Of a stretch of 64,000 bases of DNA, positions 13,290-25,500 are shown piece by piece (the first letter of the stretch is position 1; each line of letters begins with the position of its first letter). The stretch is from Dicyema japonicum. Taxonomy: Eukaryota; Animalia; Dicyemida. A model generated the notes under the pieces. The model was not told the origin of the DNA. It did not search any database and saw only the letters and a list, made by a program, of their open reading frames with translations. Location of the stretch: the NCBI GenBank assembly GCA_011109175.1, contig RDEW01000009.1, positions 1,382,950 through 1,446,949 on the forward strand. Direction: 5' to 3'. Both the position numbers and the translations under genes were made by a program.

Positions 13290-14027
13290 GAAAGCTGGAG
13301 TGCTGTTAACTGATGAATTACGTAACAAGAATTATGGCTAGTACAGTAAAATATGGAGGAGTGAAGAAAAAAATCAATTATATAAAATCAGATTATTAAC
13401 ATCTTAGCAACTTCAAATAGGTTATCCTCCAAGCTCTTTCAATTTGGGATGGACGATATTAGAACCTGGATTTGACGTGTAGTAGACACTTCTCTCCTAG
13501 CTCAGATATTAGGGTTTTTGATGCAAATCCGTCACCTCGATCATGTTTAGTGAAAAGACAGGTTAACTTGTAATTACTTTCCTGTCTAAACTGTTGGACT
13601 TGGTTTTATACAATTTTTACTATAAAAAGAAAATGATATTTCATCTCGAAGAGAGTTAAAGGATCTCGACCTTAATTATGCTGAGGTTAACGGGAATGTA
13701 AATCGTTATATCGAACGGGGAAAAGTTGACTTTACTTGTTTGGGAGGAAAGATATGTCGTCCCTGTTTACATAAACTAGGACATGCTCCTGATCTCAACA
13801 ACCAGTAAACTGAAACCAATAAATTTCAATCCTCACTTTTTAATAATCCAGTCTCTCAGGCGATCACCATAATGCTCTGTGTGGGGATATTGAGTCTATT
13901 AAGAATATCCGAGAATTAATTTTCTTTGTTATTCACAAAGATGGTTATTATCCAACTTCCTCCAATACGGACAAGACGGGACTCGATGTGAGATATTGGT
14001 GAATTTAAAGGCCCTTAACTCAATTTG
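13290..14027 (+). CDS. Possible unidentified intron-split gene; 5' structure unresolved
   Basis: Open stretch ENDISSRRELKDLDLNYAEVNGNVNRYIERGKVDFTCLGGKICRPCLHKLGHAPDLNN joins via a 47-nt GT-AG intron to HLSGDHHNALCGDIESIKNIRELIFFVIHKDGYYPTSSNTDKTGLD. Upstream exons could not be joined cleanly. Confidence 0.35.
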
Positions 14028-14240
14028 ACCCCCAAATCTCATTTTAACATTAATATAAGATTTATTAATAAATTTTTATATCTCCATTGTGTACTACTTA
14101 CTTGGTCTTCAGCTTATTAAAATAGAAAATAGGTGCTTTGAAGAGTAACGTTGATATTAATTAACTAAGGAAGTTGATCAGACATAAGGAAGATATGGAC
14201 TTATAAAAACCGAAAACGGCGTTTCATCGTTGATATTAAA

Positions 14241-14777
14241 ATGGTTAGTGGTATTGAGTCACTTTAGAACTACCATTACGATCCCAATAAGACCTATTAC
14301 AATTTTGAGGGTACGGAGATTATTACCCCAAAGAATATATACCACCAAGTAATAAATCTATAAATATTAGATATGTCTTGAGTACGGAGAATTGATTGAT
14401 CAAGAAATTGCCAATCAACAAGAGAAAATGGTTGGTTTATTATTTAACAAACACAGATACCTCACAAAATAGAAGAAAGAAGTCCCCCAACACCTATATT
14501 TGAAAAGAAAGTCATTCCTGTTGGCATCTTTGGGGACAAATATTCCCCTAAACTTCCACGTAAAAATCATATTAATGTAAACAATGTTGGAAGTCTCGAA
14601 AATGATAAAACAAATAAAGTTAAGGCAACTAAAAAGAACAAATCAAATAAAAATATTTCACGAAAGAAAAAAACAAAAAACAAGGGAAGAATGAAAACAC
14701 TAATAAAAAATCTACAAATGGAAAATCTAGCTGTCCACCAAAAACAAGTAGAAACCATGCAGCAAAAAATTCCTTAA
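14241..14777 (+). CDS. Hypothetical ~154-aa protein with Lys-rich C-terminal half
   Basis: Three phase-0 GT-AG introns (14244-14267, 14349-14370, 14431-14456) give one open frame MNYHYDPNKTYYNFEG...KKTKNKGRMK...QQKIP*. An upstream exon cannot be excluded. Confidence 0.6.
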
Positions 14778-14929
14778 AACTTAGTAATTTTGACATTTTT
14801 AATTGAATTTGTTTTTAACTTTATTGCCTCAAATGTAAATTATCAAATTATTAGTAAGTGATTGAGAGATTGAGAACTCATTTCCTCTGATGACTTACAT
14901 GGAAATGCCCTATAAACACAGCACTTTTT

Positions 14930-15040
14930 GCGAGGGCTATAATAGTTATAGCTCCGCACAGGCAGGACACAAACTTATAGAGTAAAGAGTAATTACGATA
15001 ACTAATCGTAGAAAGGGAACCAATGAATGTTTTTAACTTG
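14930..15040 (-). repeat. Isolated retroelement 3' tail homologous to the SINE tail
   Basis: Reverse complement CTACGATTAGTT...GTGTCCTGCCTGTGCGGAGCTATAA matches 12966-13035, with no tRNA head nearby. Confidence 0.6.
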
Positions 15041-15343
15041 TTTTTTTTCTTTTTGTTAAATGTGATTCGAGGTAAATGAGTATTAAGTCCGGATACGCCG
15101 AGAAAGAAGTTAACGGTAAACTACTAATTAAATGTATCCAGTTCCAACTGTTGCAGAAACAGTCATTCCAATATCATAAATGTTCATCCAGAAACAGCAT
15201 AAAGGTGGAAGACGTCCATTCCTTGCAGTTGTGAAAACCTATCCAGTGGAGTGGGAAAGTAAATGATTATTTTTCGTGCCACCCTGGTACTGGTGGTGTC
15301 CAAATAATAGACGATAATATTTAATGTAATAGATTAACATGTA

Positions 15344-15411
15344 GCCCTGCTATTTGATTAGAGCATCGTGCTAATAACGCGAAGGTCAGGGTTCGACCCC
15401 ATCTCGGGGCA
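15344..15411 (+). pseudogene. tRNA-Ile(AAT) pseudogene
   Basis: Anticodon arm TCGTG-CTAATAA-CGCGA, T-loop GGTTCGAC and partial acceptor pairing are present. The 5' strand of the D stem is deleted (68 nt total). Confidence 0.7.
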
Positions 15412-15769
15412 TGGCTCGCAATGTTATCCTCCAAAATTACCAAATGATCTTTGATATCCTGAAGAACTGCATCGTTCAATGCGCATTACTATTCATCAAG
15501 ATATTCTTGCAAATCGGCAAACCATGTAATGTTATTTTTATTTACGGATGACTGCCCAAATTCAATTTTACGTTTTAAGGCCATTACTTTCGCACTTTCC
15601 GAGGAGCCATATCAGTTATCGCTTCCCACAGTCAGAACACACACTTTATTTTAAGCAAAGAACAGTCATAATAGCTAATCGAAGAAGGATCAAGGAATAC
15701 TCTTCACTTCTTTGTTTTCTTTTTCTTGGGTGTATGTCCTTTTAGACTTTCCAGTTTTGTAGTTAATGT

Positions 15770-15904
15770 CCACTGATGACGGCGTCACTCGTCAAGCCCA
15801 TTTTTAGCATCGTTGATGCGTGGAACCTTCCACCAGGTGAACAGCAGCGAGAATCGAACCCTTGACCTAAGCCACTTTACCCGACACCTAACTACTATGC
15901 CACC
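15770..15904 (-). mobile_element. tRNA-derived SINE, 3'-truncated copy
   Basis: Reverse complement matches the head and body of the 12761 copy. Confidence 0.8.
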
Positions 15905-16255
15905 TATTTTTATTTACGGATGACCTCCCAAATTCAATTTTCCGTTTGAAGGCCATTACTTTATCGTTCAAAATAAAAACAGATTGATATTTTTTTGTGC
16001 GATAATGTAAATTTATTCAGTTTATCATAAATTGAAACCAAAATATGTCACATGGCGGCGCGTAACGCATGGGCAGCCTGTTACATTTTTTCGACCTTGA
16101 AAAGGTCTTTTGATTATCCGACATTTAATTTTGTATATCCGATTTATATCGTGATTTAATCCAGCTAAATTAGTTTTTTATTCATAAATGTTATGATTAT
16201 AAAGATTTTATTTTTTTTATAGCGGTTAACCTAGATTTCTAGCGTGATTTATAGC

Positions 16256-17646
16256 ATGGAAGATTATTTCGTTGCAATGGATTTTTACAAAGGTTTTGTG
16301 AAAGATTGCGTTGAATATCAAACTTTAAAAGATGCTTTGCATGATAAATTTCCCGAAAATCTTCCGAGGCACCGAAAATATAGGCTTGTAAAGAAGATAA
16401 AAAATTTTGCCATTATCAATGACAGGTATTGTAAATTTGCAATAATTTTTAGACTGTATCTTAAATCAACTGATTCCAAGTTAGTCATATCCCTGGATAA
16501 TGAAACCGAAATGGAGCATGCTGCGAAATCGATGCATTTTCGAGTCTTTTAAGAGTTCGTGATTTTTTATAATTGTACATTGGAGATATAAATCACCATG
16601 TGTTTGCTTCTTCTCCAAATGAACGTTTTCAGGTAGATCTAATAGACCTGAAAAAATTTTCAACATTAAATGAAAATTTCAAATGGATTTTAACGGTCAT
16701 TGACTATAGTAGGTTGTTTTTTTTAATTTATAGATTCGCTTTTGTACGACCACTCTATAATAAGTCTGGCAAAGAAGTATGTGAAAACTTAAGATCTTTG
16801 TTCCGCCTGAATGGGCCATGTAAATTTCTTCAGTCGGACAATGGTTCTGAATTTAAAAATCAAGAAATAACAAAACTTTGCGAAGATTTTAACATTAAGC
16901 AAATTCACGGAAACCCTAACAATCAACGAGCACAAGGAATTGTCGAAAGATTTAATCTGACGATCACGAGGAAGTTGTCAAAAATGCTGGATAACAGTGA
17001 AAAAAAGTGGCTTGATAAATTAGAAAGTGCTGTCTACAGTTATAACATATCGGTCCATTCATTTTCTAACGAAAGTCCTTTCGAAAGATATCGAGGAATT
17101 AAGGGAATAAATTCAATAATTCATGGTTATACTTATATCACATTATGACTTAGATAATTTAAGTGATGAGTGTACGATTCCAGAACAAATTGACGATTTG
17201 GTTAATTGTTCGACTCCAGAATCTATTGAAAATTCACGTAGTTTGATTTAAAAAATTTATATCTAGATAATTCCCAGTCAGATAATTTGTGTCCGAATGC
17301 GAAGAGATTCAATTTCGAAATTAAATCGATTGAAGAAAATTCGAATTATTACAAAGCTATGAACAGGAAAATGAATGTTCATAATAGTAAATATACTTTT
17401 AACATGGGAGATAAAGTATGAATTAAAAACATTAATAAATAGGTTCGGGCTAAAAAGGACTTTGGAACAAATCCCTCATTGCGACTGGATAAGTTTGAGT
17501 CTCAGTATTATCCAGTTGCAGAAATAATTAATATTTTATCGATTAATCGCGTGGAGGTAGTTTTAAATAGTTTAATTTAATAGATAAAAAATTCGAAAGG
17601 AGAAATATCGACTGTATTGATGAGTAGACTAAAAAAAGTTACTTAA
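16256..17646 (+). pseudogene. Intron-containing rve-type DDE transposase; HHCC region damaged
   Basis: QVDLID / QSDNGSEF / GIVERFN catalytic triad. Six GT-AG introns restore an open frame to ...SRLKKVT*. The frame breaks near 16540-16590, where the zinc-binding region seems partly deleted. Confidence 0.8.
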
Positions 17647-17677
17647 ATTTAATTTTTTTGTGGTTAATAAATCATTT

Positions 17678-18099
17678 TTTTTAAACAAAAATTTATTAAC
17701 AATAAAATATTATTTATTAACTATGGGGGAGAGCGGCTGCTGACATCACGGAGTAAGCGTTTCCGCGAATAACTGCGATACCGATTCTTTGCCTCAGCCA
17801 GACCGCTTCCCGCACGTCTTTCTTTTTTCCCCCGATTTCCTTTAGGAAAGAGGCTGTAATACTTCCAGCCGCACCAGACGTCTCGATTGCTACCGGTACA
17901 AAACGGTAGCGGTCTCAATTTCGCCATATTTTTTAATCTTGATTTTTTCGGCCAGATCGGCTGCCGATCCAGCAGACTGCGCCGAGCTGAGCATCATCGA
18001 GTTCGAGAAAGAATCCACAACAGTGCAGTCCCATACGAGCCATTTTCCCTCAGTGAACGGAAAGATAGTTAACCCATCCGGTCTTTTCCCGGATGGAAA
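17678..18099 (-). mobile_element. 5'-truncated CRE-like retrotransposon nested in the Ginger element
   Basis: GKRPDGLTIFPFTEGKWLVWDCTVVDS...FVPVAIETSG...WLRQRIGIAVIRGNA (RLE domain), poly(A) tail, and 12-bp TSD AATAAATCATTT. The empty site is seen once at ~239-250. Confidence 0.9.
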
Positions 18100-19524
18100 A
18101 ATAAATCATTTATAAAATTAATTGAAGTTAATCTTGGTCAAGGTTGATGTAACAGGCAGCCCATAGGTATCGCTTGCCCATGTGACAAAATATGCAATTC
18201 TCTTTAAAAATAGTATTTTATTAATGGAAATAATTAAGATAATTAATTGACACGGCATCCATCCAAAGTGGACCCCGCCGACATTATTCTCTTTAAACAA
18301 AGATGTTTTCCAAATTTTTGTAAATTGGAAAATTTCGTTTCTTGAGAAACATCACAAGCTCGTTTCGTAATTCGAACAAACTTTCCAATATCCTTCTACG
18401 TGACAACCATCTAAATTCTGCATGGATGATCTTTTTTGAACCTGGGGTTCCCAGGAACCCAGGTTGAGAACCACTGGTGTTAACTAATGAAAACCATACT
18501 TTCCGGCATGATTTTTGTTAATCACTTTAATAAATTTTTTATGAAAAAAGAAAACAAGTAAAGCCTTTAAGTTAAGAGATCAGGATTGAGTAATTTCGAT
18601 CCAATACCTCAACCAAGTCCTTCGCGGAGTTCGCATCTCTAACAATTTGTTTTAATTTTTTCTAAGCATATTGAAATTGTCTTCAGTTTTAATTGTTTTT
18701 TACAAGTGGAAGATCTTTGGCATGGTTTTACTTAAACGTCCATCTTGGGTCGAACCTCAGTCCGAATAGACCGATCCATTTTTTGGTTATAAACCAAATC
18801 GCTCGTTGGGTGTGACAGTCGATGTTTTCATTTCCGACTTTTGAATCCCCATTTCTCGTCTGTTCGGTTCATCTATTTGCTGATTACTACATTTTTTCCG
18901 AGTTAACTTTTAAGGTCCATTTTTCAAGGGCGCAAGGTGATATGTTAAGGATTTCTTCGAAAATCGACTTAGAAATCTCTTATACCACTTCTGTAATCTA
19001 TCCTTTTTGTCGTACCTCTCAGTCTCGCAATTCGAAATTATTATTATTTATTTAAGCACTTCACAAGAGCCATACTAATTATAGCCCCGCATGTGCAGCA
19101 AAAGAAACAAGGTTAGATGTCATCCTTTTCCATGCTCCCCTGTTCCTAGCCAAGGCTCTCATGTTTTTTGGTGAGGTGGTGACGTGCCTCGTTTCTTGAT
19201 TGGATCGCAATTGAGGAAAATGTCTAAAAGGCAATGGATACAAAGGGATGCATCTCGTCTAAAAGTCCTTACGTTCAATTCGAAATACAAAAACAAAATT
19301 TTATAAATAATCTGCGATTTCAAATCGAAGTCTTAGAAAAGTTTGTCACATGCAAACTAGTTCATTGTTTAAAAAAACAGCATGAAAAACAGTTTGAAAA
19401 CACAATCATATATGTATTTTTAATTTTGTGAATAAAATGATTATTTATTAAAATATTAATTGATAAATGTTTATATTAATTTTATTTTAACAAAAACTAA
19501 ATAAAATAGTCTCCAAGACACTAA

Positions 19525-22500
19525 ATGGACGACAAACGAATAGAATGGATAAAAAATATAATCTATGACACATACAACATTTCCGACAAAGAAATATTCA
19601 TTGACTTTTTAGAAGAAAACGATTCCTGGGCTGAAAGAGCCATTGCTAAATTTCTCAGTCTAAACACAAATGAAGAAATGCAAAAACTATTTTTCAGTGT
19701 GGAAAAGGTGGACGCAATTAGAGAATACGAGATCCAAGTGGGTCAGTCAATGGTAGATAACCTTATAGAAGTCGAGGAGGAGCCTGAACAGAACGAAAAC
19801 GGTAACAATCAGTATTATGAGGTTAAAGAAAACGAAGAAAAGCTAGAAGAACGGAATCAAGTCAACGGAACCAATGACGAGGGCGAAAAGGAAGAGGTCC
19901 CAATCAAAAAAATGATAAAAGTAGTTGGAAGATAATAAAATAGAAACTCGTGACGGAAGAGTATATAAAAGAAATAATCTCCTTGTCCGTTGATGAACCA
20001 ATTGGAGACGTTGACAACTCAAATTGTCTTTACTTCAATAAGACAACCTCCGAGTTAATTCCGCTGATGAACTCGACGGAAGAATTGGACCAGACAATGT
20101 CTCAGTCAATCAGCTACGGAATTATGAGCGGGAAAGCTCTAGATGAAATGTACACATCATTGTCGAATGTACCCGGCAATATAACTGGTTTAGCTCTATG
20201 TTCCAATGCTCCAGCATTCGGGACATGAAATTGTCAAGTCAAATAATGGATATGCTGAATCGTCTGAGCTGCAACTCAGTCAAATCGGAGTTGGGGGACT
20301 CGTGGGAAACATTGAGGAGAAAAAGTTACCGGAAACAGTGATTTTTAGGGAAAATGTTAGATCAATTCTGCGGGACGAATTTGTGATAAATTTATACAAG
20401 TTTATGCAAAATACTCTCAGGACAATTCGTCAGCTACGGAATAGAATAAGATTATCTCTCCCAGAAATTGATTACAAAAGTTCTCCTCAGGTCCTCATGA
20501 AAAGTGATGAAAGCGTCAGAATTTGTTCATCGACTGCCTGTAAGTGGATGGAGTATGTGAATGTGATAATAAATCAAATAAACTCGAAGGTTTACTTTCC
20601 GACTCAGTCTAATAGAGGCCGAATGGCAATGGTCCCCTAGCCGAAGTGGACTACTGGCGTGAAAGAAGTGCCGATATCAGCGCATTAGTGGAGGAATTAA
20701 AGAGTCCCAAAGTTCTGCAGATTATTAACGTCTTGCAAGTAAAGGAAGCAGAAATCTTTGGCAAACTGAACAAAATCTCATTTGACCTCATTAAGATGTA
20801 CAGTGAGGCCAAGGACAACATTAAATTTCTAACCACATTGGAACGCCACTTCAAGGTGGATGACTCCTTAATTCTAGAATTTGGCTCATGGGTCGAATTT
20901 TACGATTGTCATGGATACAATTCCACAAATGATGAATGTTTTGAAAATGATATGGACGATCGCTCGTTACTACAACACTGACGAGTGCATGGTCCCATTG
21001 ATGGAGAGGATAGCATGGGAGATTTCAGAACGGGTTAAAAAAGTCCTGTCAATTCCGACAATTTTCGAATGGTATCTTTATTAGCAGTGATGTGCAGTGA
21101 TGACTATTCGTTGATCCTCAAGCTCACAAAGGAAGCTATAAAAACCCTTGAATTTTGGAAAAGTCAGTATTTTGCCACTCGGTCGAAAATTGAACTTTCA
21201 GGGAAAGGAAATCGATGGGAATTTGACCGGACTAAGCTGTTCAAACGCACAGACTACTTGTCCGGTATTTGCAACGATATCACGAAAATTTGCTCAGTAA
21301 TTTATTTTAACGACAAATTAGTCGATTATTGAATTTACCGGGATTTTTGGGCCGGAATTGAAGTCCATTATTTATGACCCTGAAGTTGTTACTGCGGTGA
21401 TCAAAAGAGTGGAAGATTTAGTGATTCCTTTTCGCCAAGTAGTGTCCTTGGTAACCTTAAAGATCAAATTTGATCCATTTGAATATGAGAATGAAGCTAG
21501 TTGGGGTCAGGTGATGAACAGATTTTCCAACGAAGTCGTTTTAATCGAGAAACAGGCTCTCCAGTTGATTAACGACAGCTTCAAAACACTGAGATCCTCT
21601 GAAGCCGCATTCTCGATGCTCACAAAGTTCAAACACATCCGTTCTCGGGAAATCATCTGCAAAGACTTTGACAAGAAAATTCATAATATTTTGAAGCAGT
21701 TTAGCAAAGAAGTTAACTTTTAACAAAATCCTAGATTGAACAAATTGATATGATTTTTGAGAAAAACAAAAACAATCCCCCAATCTATTTGAACTACCCC
21801 CCAATATCTGGTCAAATAATGTGGTCCAGGAACTTGATTTACACGATAAAAAACGTGATGGTGAAGCTTCTCACGATTGACGATGTGATGAATAACGAGT
21901 TCGCCAAAGAGGTCCGAATTCCCACTTATTTGAAGGTCAAACTAAAATATCTCACGGTGGCTAAAAAATTAAAGAGCTATGAAGATTCACAGCATTTCAC
22001 TTGGGTGAAAAGTGCGGATGGAAACATTTCAGATTTTCTAGATCAGAGTTTGATTGCTGTTCGCGAATGTGACGAGTATTCTCTCCCAAAGGGTGACAAC
22101 GAAAACCGTTTGCTGTATTTAACCAGCTTAGTGGAACGAGAAAATGACTACATTGTTAACTTTAACGAAAAATTGCAGGAGATAATAACTGAGGCCAAGA
22201 AATTCGAACAAATGAACCTCAAAGTCCCCGAGTCAGTAAAAAACGTGGCTTTGCTCGAAGAAAACTTTTCCCGCTATAAAATTAACATCAGAAACATGCT
22301 GAACAGATACATCAGTGTCATTAAATCCGTTAAATCCTCAGAGGTTATCCACTTTGCCCATTTAAAGATTTCGATATTCGAACAGCATCTGAAGCAGCTC
22401 AGTAAGACAGTTATGGTCGGAAGCAAGCGATTAAAGTGGAGTTCCTTGGTAATAGATGACTACATTGAACGCTGTCTGCTGGTATTGGCTGGTTTTTTAG

Positions 22501-25500
22501 TTTAAAGGCGATCGCAAAATTTGAGTCTTTGGTGAACCAAGTGGAAAAGAACTCCTTGGACATTAAATCTAGATTGGATGTGATCGAATCTATAAATTTG
22601 TTCAAAACTGATTCGAATGCACTGGGGGTTGTGAGTTGTAAGGTATTCGGGAGTTTAATAATCCACAGAAATATTTTGAATATATTGAAAATAAGAGAAA
22701 TAAAGATTTTAAACATTTGGTGAAGAAATATCGGGCGATTGGGCCACTGATAATGAAAATTGAGGGACTTGTGTCGCAATCATCTACAGGAAAGTTGCCC
22801 CTATTCGCCACTTATTACGCTTATTGGGAGAAAATGATGTTTGAGACACTTTTAAGAGTACTATTTCTTCAAAGTGTAGATGACCGCAAGAAATATTCAG
22901 GAATTTCTGAAAGCACTCCAAACTGAGCAACCTCTGTTCCAAATTGAGGCTCTTTTAGCGTCCCCATACGTAATCATAAACCCATCCTCAAACGAAATTT
23001 ATAATCTCATTATGCAGTCAATCAGAGACTGTGTCGAAAGGTCCTCATTTAGTTTATTCCAAAGATCAAAGGCCTTCCTACGATGGCTAAATGGAAGTTG
23101 CATAGAATCCAAGCCAATCAAAATACAAGGTAAAAACGATCCCTTCACATTCACGTTTTTCCTGGACTTGTCACTTCATCCTGCGATTAACGAACTCTAT
23201 CAAAACTCAGTGAACATAGTAAAGAGAGTGATTACAAACAGTCACAATTATCTGTCAAAATGGAAGAAATACAGACCGATTTGGAAAGTTGATAAAGTAG
23301 TTGAAATTATTCACTAAGGCCACAATCGTCGAAAAGTGGTTCAACAAGGGACCATCAATCGTGGCTTTTGATGACCAATTCCAACTTTACACCAAAGTGA
23401 TTGAAGAAATTGAAAAATCACACGAAGTGGCTGACATTGGATGCCTCCGAATTAACATGCAACCTCTGGTTTCCTCATTGAAGGAACATGCTAACAAATG
23501 GATCGAATGCTTCAGTCGTCATCTCAACGACTCAGTTAAAACCACACTATTCGATATTCGGGATTATATAAATGTTCAAAGTCCTCAAATTTTTAGAAAA
23601 AATACAAACAGTTCGAAATCGAACCAGAAACCTTGGATGAGCTGAAGTACATTTTGAAGGGAATCTCTGATATCAAGAAAGACAGACTGGAAGTTGAAAC
23701 CAAAATTTACGAATTGGTAGAAGGTTACCGGTAATCACGTTTTAATTTTTGCAGGCATTTGTCGATGTATAATTTTGAATTATCAGACGAGGAGGTTGAA
23801 TTGGTGAACTATGTTGATTCCAAGTGGAATTCTCTTATTTATCAATCTAAAGTGAAGGATGTAGAGCTGACTTCTGTGAAGAAACGTTTTATTGAAGTAA
23901 GAGATTATTACATCTGAAATAGCTAACAAAATTATCAATCGTTGAATTTTCTGAAAAAGTAAAGGACTTTGCCGACAGATATTTCACATCCGGCCTGGAA
24001 TGTGCGGAAGTGACGTCGATATGGGTTTTTGTCGCTTAAAAATTTAAAGGAGAAACTCGTATGGTTGATTTTAGCGATGAACTGGAGAGACTTTTGAGTG
24101 AACGACAAGAAATTTTGAACGCAGAGCACCTGTTTGATTTGGAGATCAGCAACTACCCAAACCTGACTAAAGTTCAGAAGGATATTCAAGGACTGAAGCA
24201 AATCTTTTTGATATACATTGAACAAAAGGTCGACCTTTGAAATTCCTTGTTAGAAAGCACGTGAGTCGTGGGCGGAAATACTATGGGTCAACCTAAACGT
24301 CCAAATATTGCAAGAAAAAATTGACCAGTTCTAAAAATGCTAAGAAAGTTGCCCAAAGAAATCAAATCTTTCAAATTGTGGGGGATCGTAGATAAAAACA
24401 TACGAGAGTTCAAGGATTCACTTCCTCTTTTTACTGACTTGAAAAACGAGGCACTGAGAGAAAGGTCCCCTTGATAACGATTTTACGATAGACATTGGAA
24501 TGAACTGATGGAGAAAACTGGAAAACGTTTCGACATCAATCCTGACACATTTACTCTTTCGAGTGTCTTTGAGATGAATCTGCATGGCTTCCAGGAAGAG
24601 ATCACAAATATTGTGACGTCGGCTGTAAAAGAAATGGCAATCGAAAAGGTTGAGACAAAATAGTAATTATAGGGAATCAAAGAGATTGAAGAGACCTGGA
24701 CCAACTTACGCTTCAGCATTTCAATGTACACGAAAGGAACCACAAATCGAGGTTGGATCATCGGATCAGTGGACGAAATCGTTCAAATAATTGACGACAA
24801 TTCTCTTAATCTACAAAGTATGGCCGCTTCACGGTTTTCTGCCCCATTCGTCAATAGTGTGAGACACTGGGAAAAGTCTTTGTCCCACATCTCTGAAGTC
24901 CTCGATGTACTCATTCAAATTTTAATGTTTAGGTTTGGGTCAACGTACAAAGAAAGTGGATGTATTTGGAAGGGATATTTATTGGTGGAGATATCCGCAT
25001 GCAGCTTCCTGAAGAAGCAAAGGCATTCGATAACTTGGACAAAACGTTTAAGGGGGTTTGGGATTCTCAAAAGATTATAGATTATGACTGAAACTGCGAA
25101 AAATACCCAAATAAAATTTGCTTGTCACGTCAAGAACAGATTGAACGAAATGAACAGTTTGGCAGCCGGCTTAGACAAATGTCAAAAGTCTCTGAATGAT
25201 TACCTTGAATCAAAGAGAAATGTGTTTCCTCGCTTTTTCTTCATTTCCGACGATGAGTTGCTGAGTATTCTTGGGAGCAGTGACCCAGAGTGTGTCCAAG
25301 AGCACATAATAAAGGTATTTTTATATTACTAGTGTAGATGTTTGACAACGTCAGGGCATTGAGATTCGAAAAAGGTGGTAGTGGGGAGTTGTTGGTTACG
25401 GCCATGATCTCTGGGGAAGACGAAATCATGGAATTTAAGCGTCCTGTTTTAGCCGATGGAAAGGTGGAGGATTGGATGACGGATGTTTTGAAAGAGATGC

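Larger units (their letters stand above)
16046..18187 (+). mobile_element. Ginger-type (Ginger2/TDD-like) DNA transposon with integrase-like DDE transposase
   Basis: Imperfect ~40-bp TIRs beginning TGTCACATGG and ending CCATGTGACA. 5-bp TSD AAATA (16041-16045 / 18188-18192). No LTRs or RT. Confidence 0.85.

Noticed and set aside
13320-13420. TAG stop-codon reassignment suggested by in-frame TAGs
   Set aside because: Apparent in-frame stops in the well-conserved genes resolve as introns or homopolymer errors. No conserved residue position in them required TAG as sense.
15770-15810. Hammerhead ribozyme in the antisense SINE body (CTGATGA)
   Set aside because: No GAAA after stem II. The same holds for the CTGATGA at ~46575.
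18074-18096. Hairpin CCATCCGG-n7-CCGGATGG at the 5' truncation of the CRE insert
   Set aside because: It reads in frame as PSGKRPDG, so it can be ordinary coding sequence.
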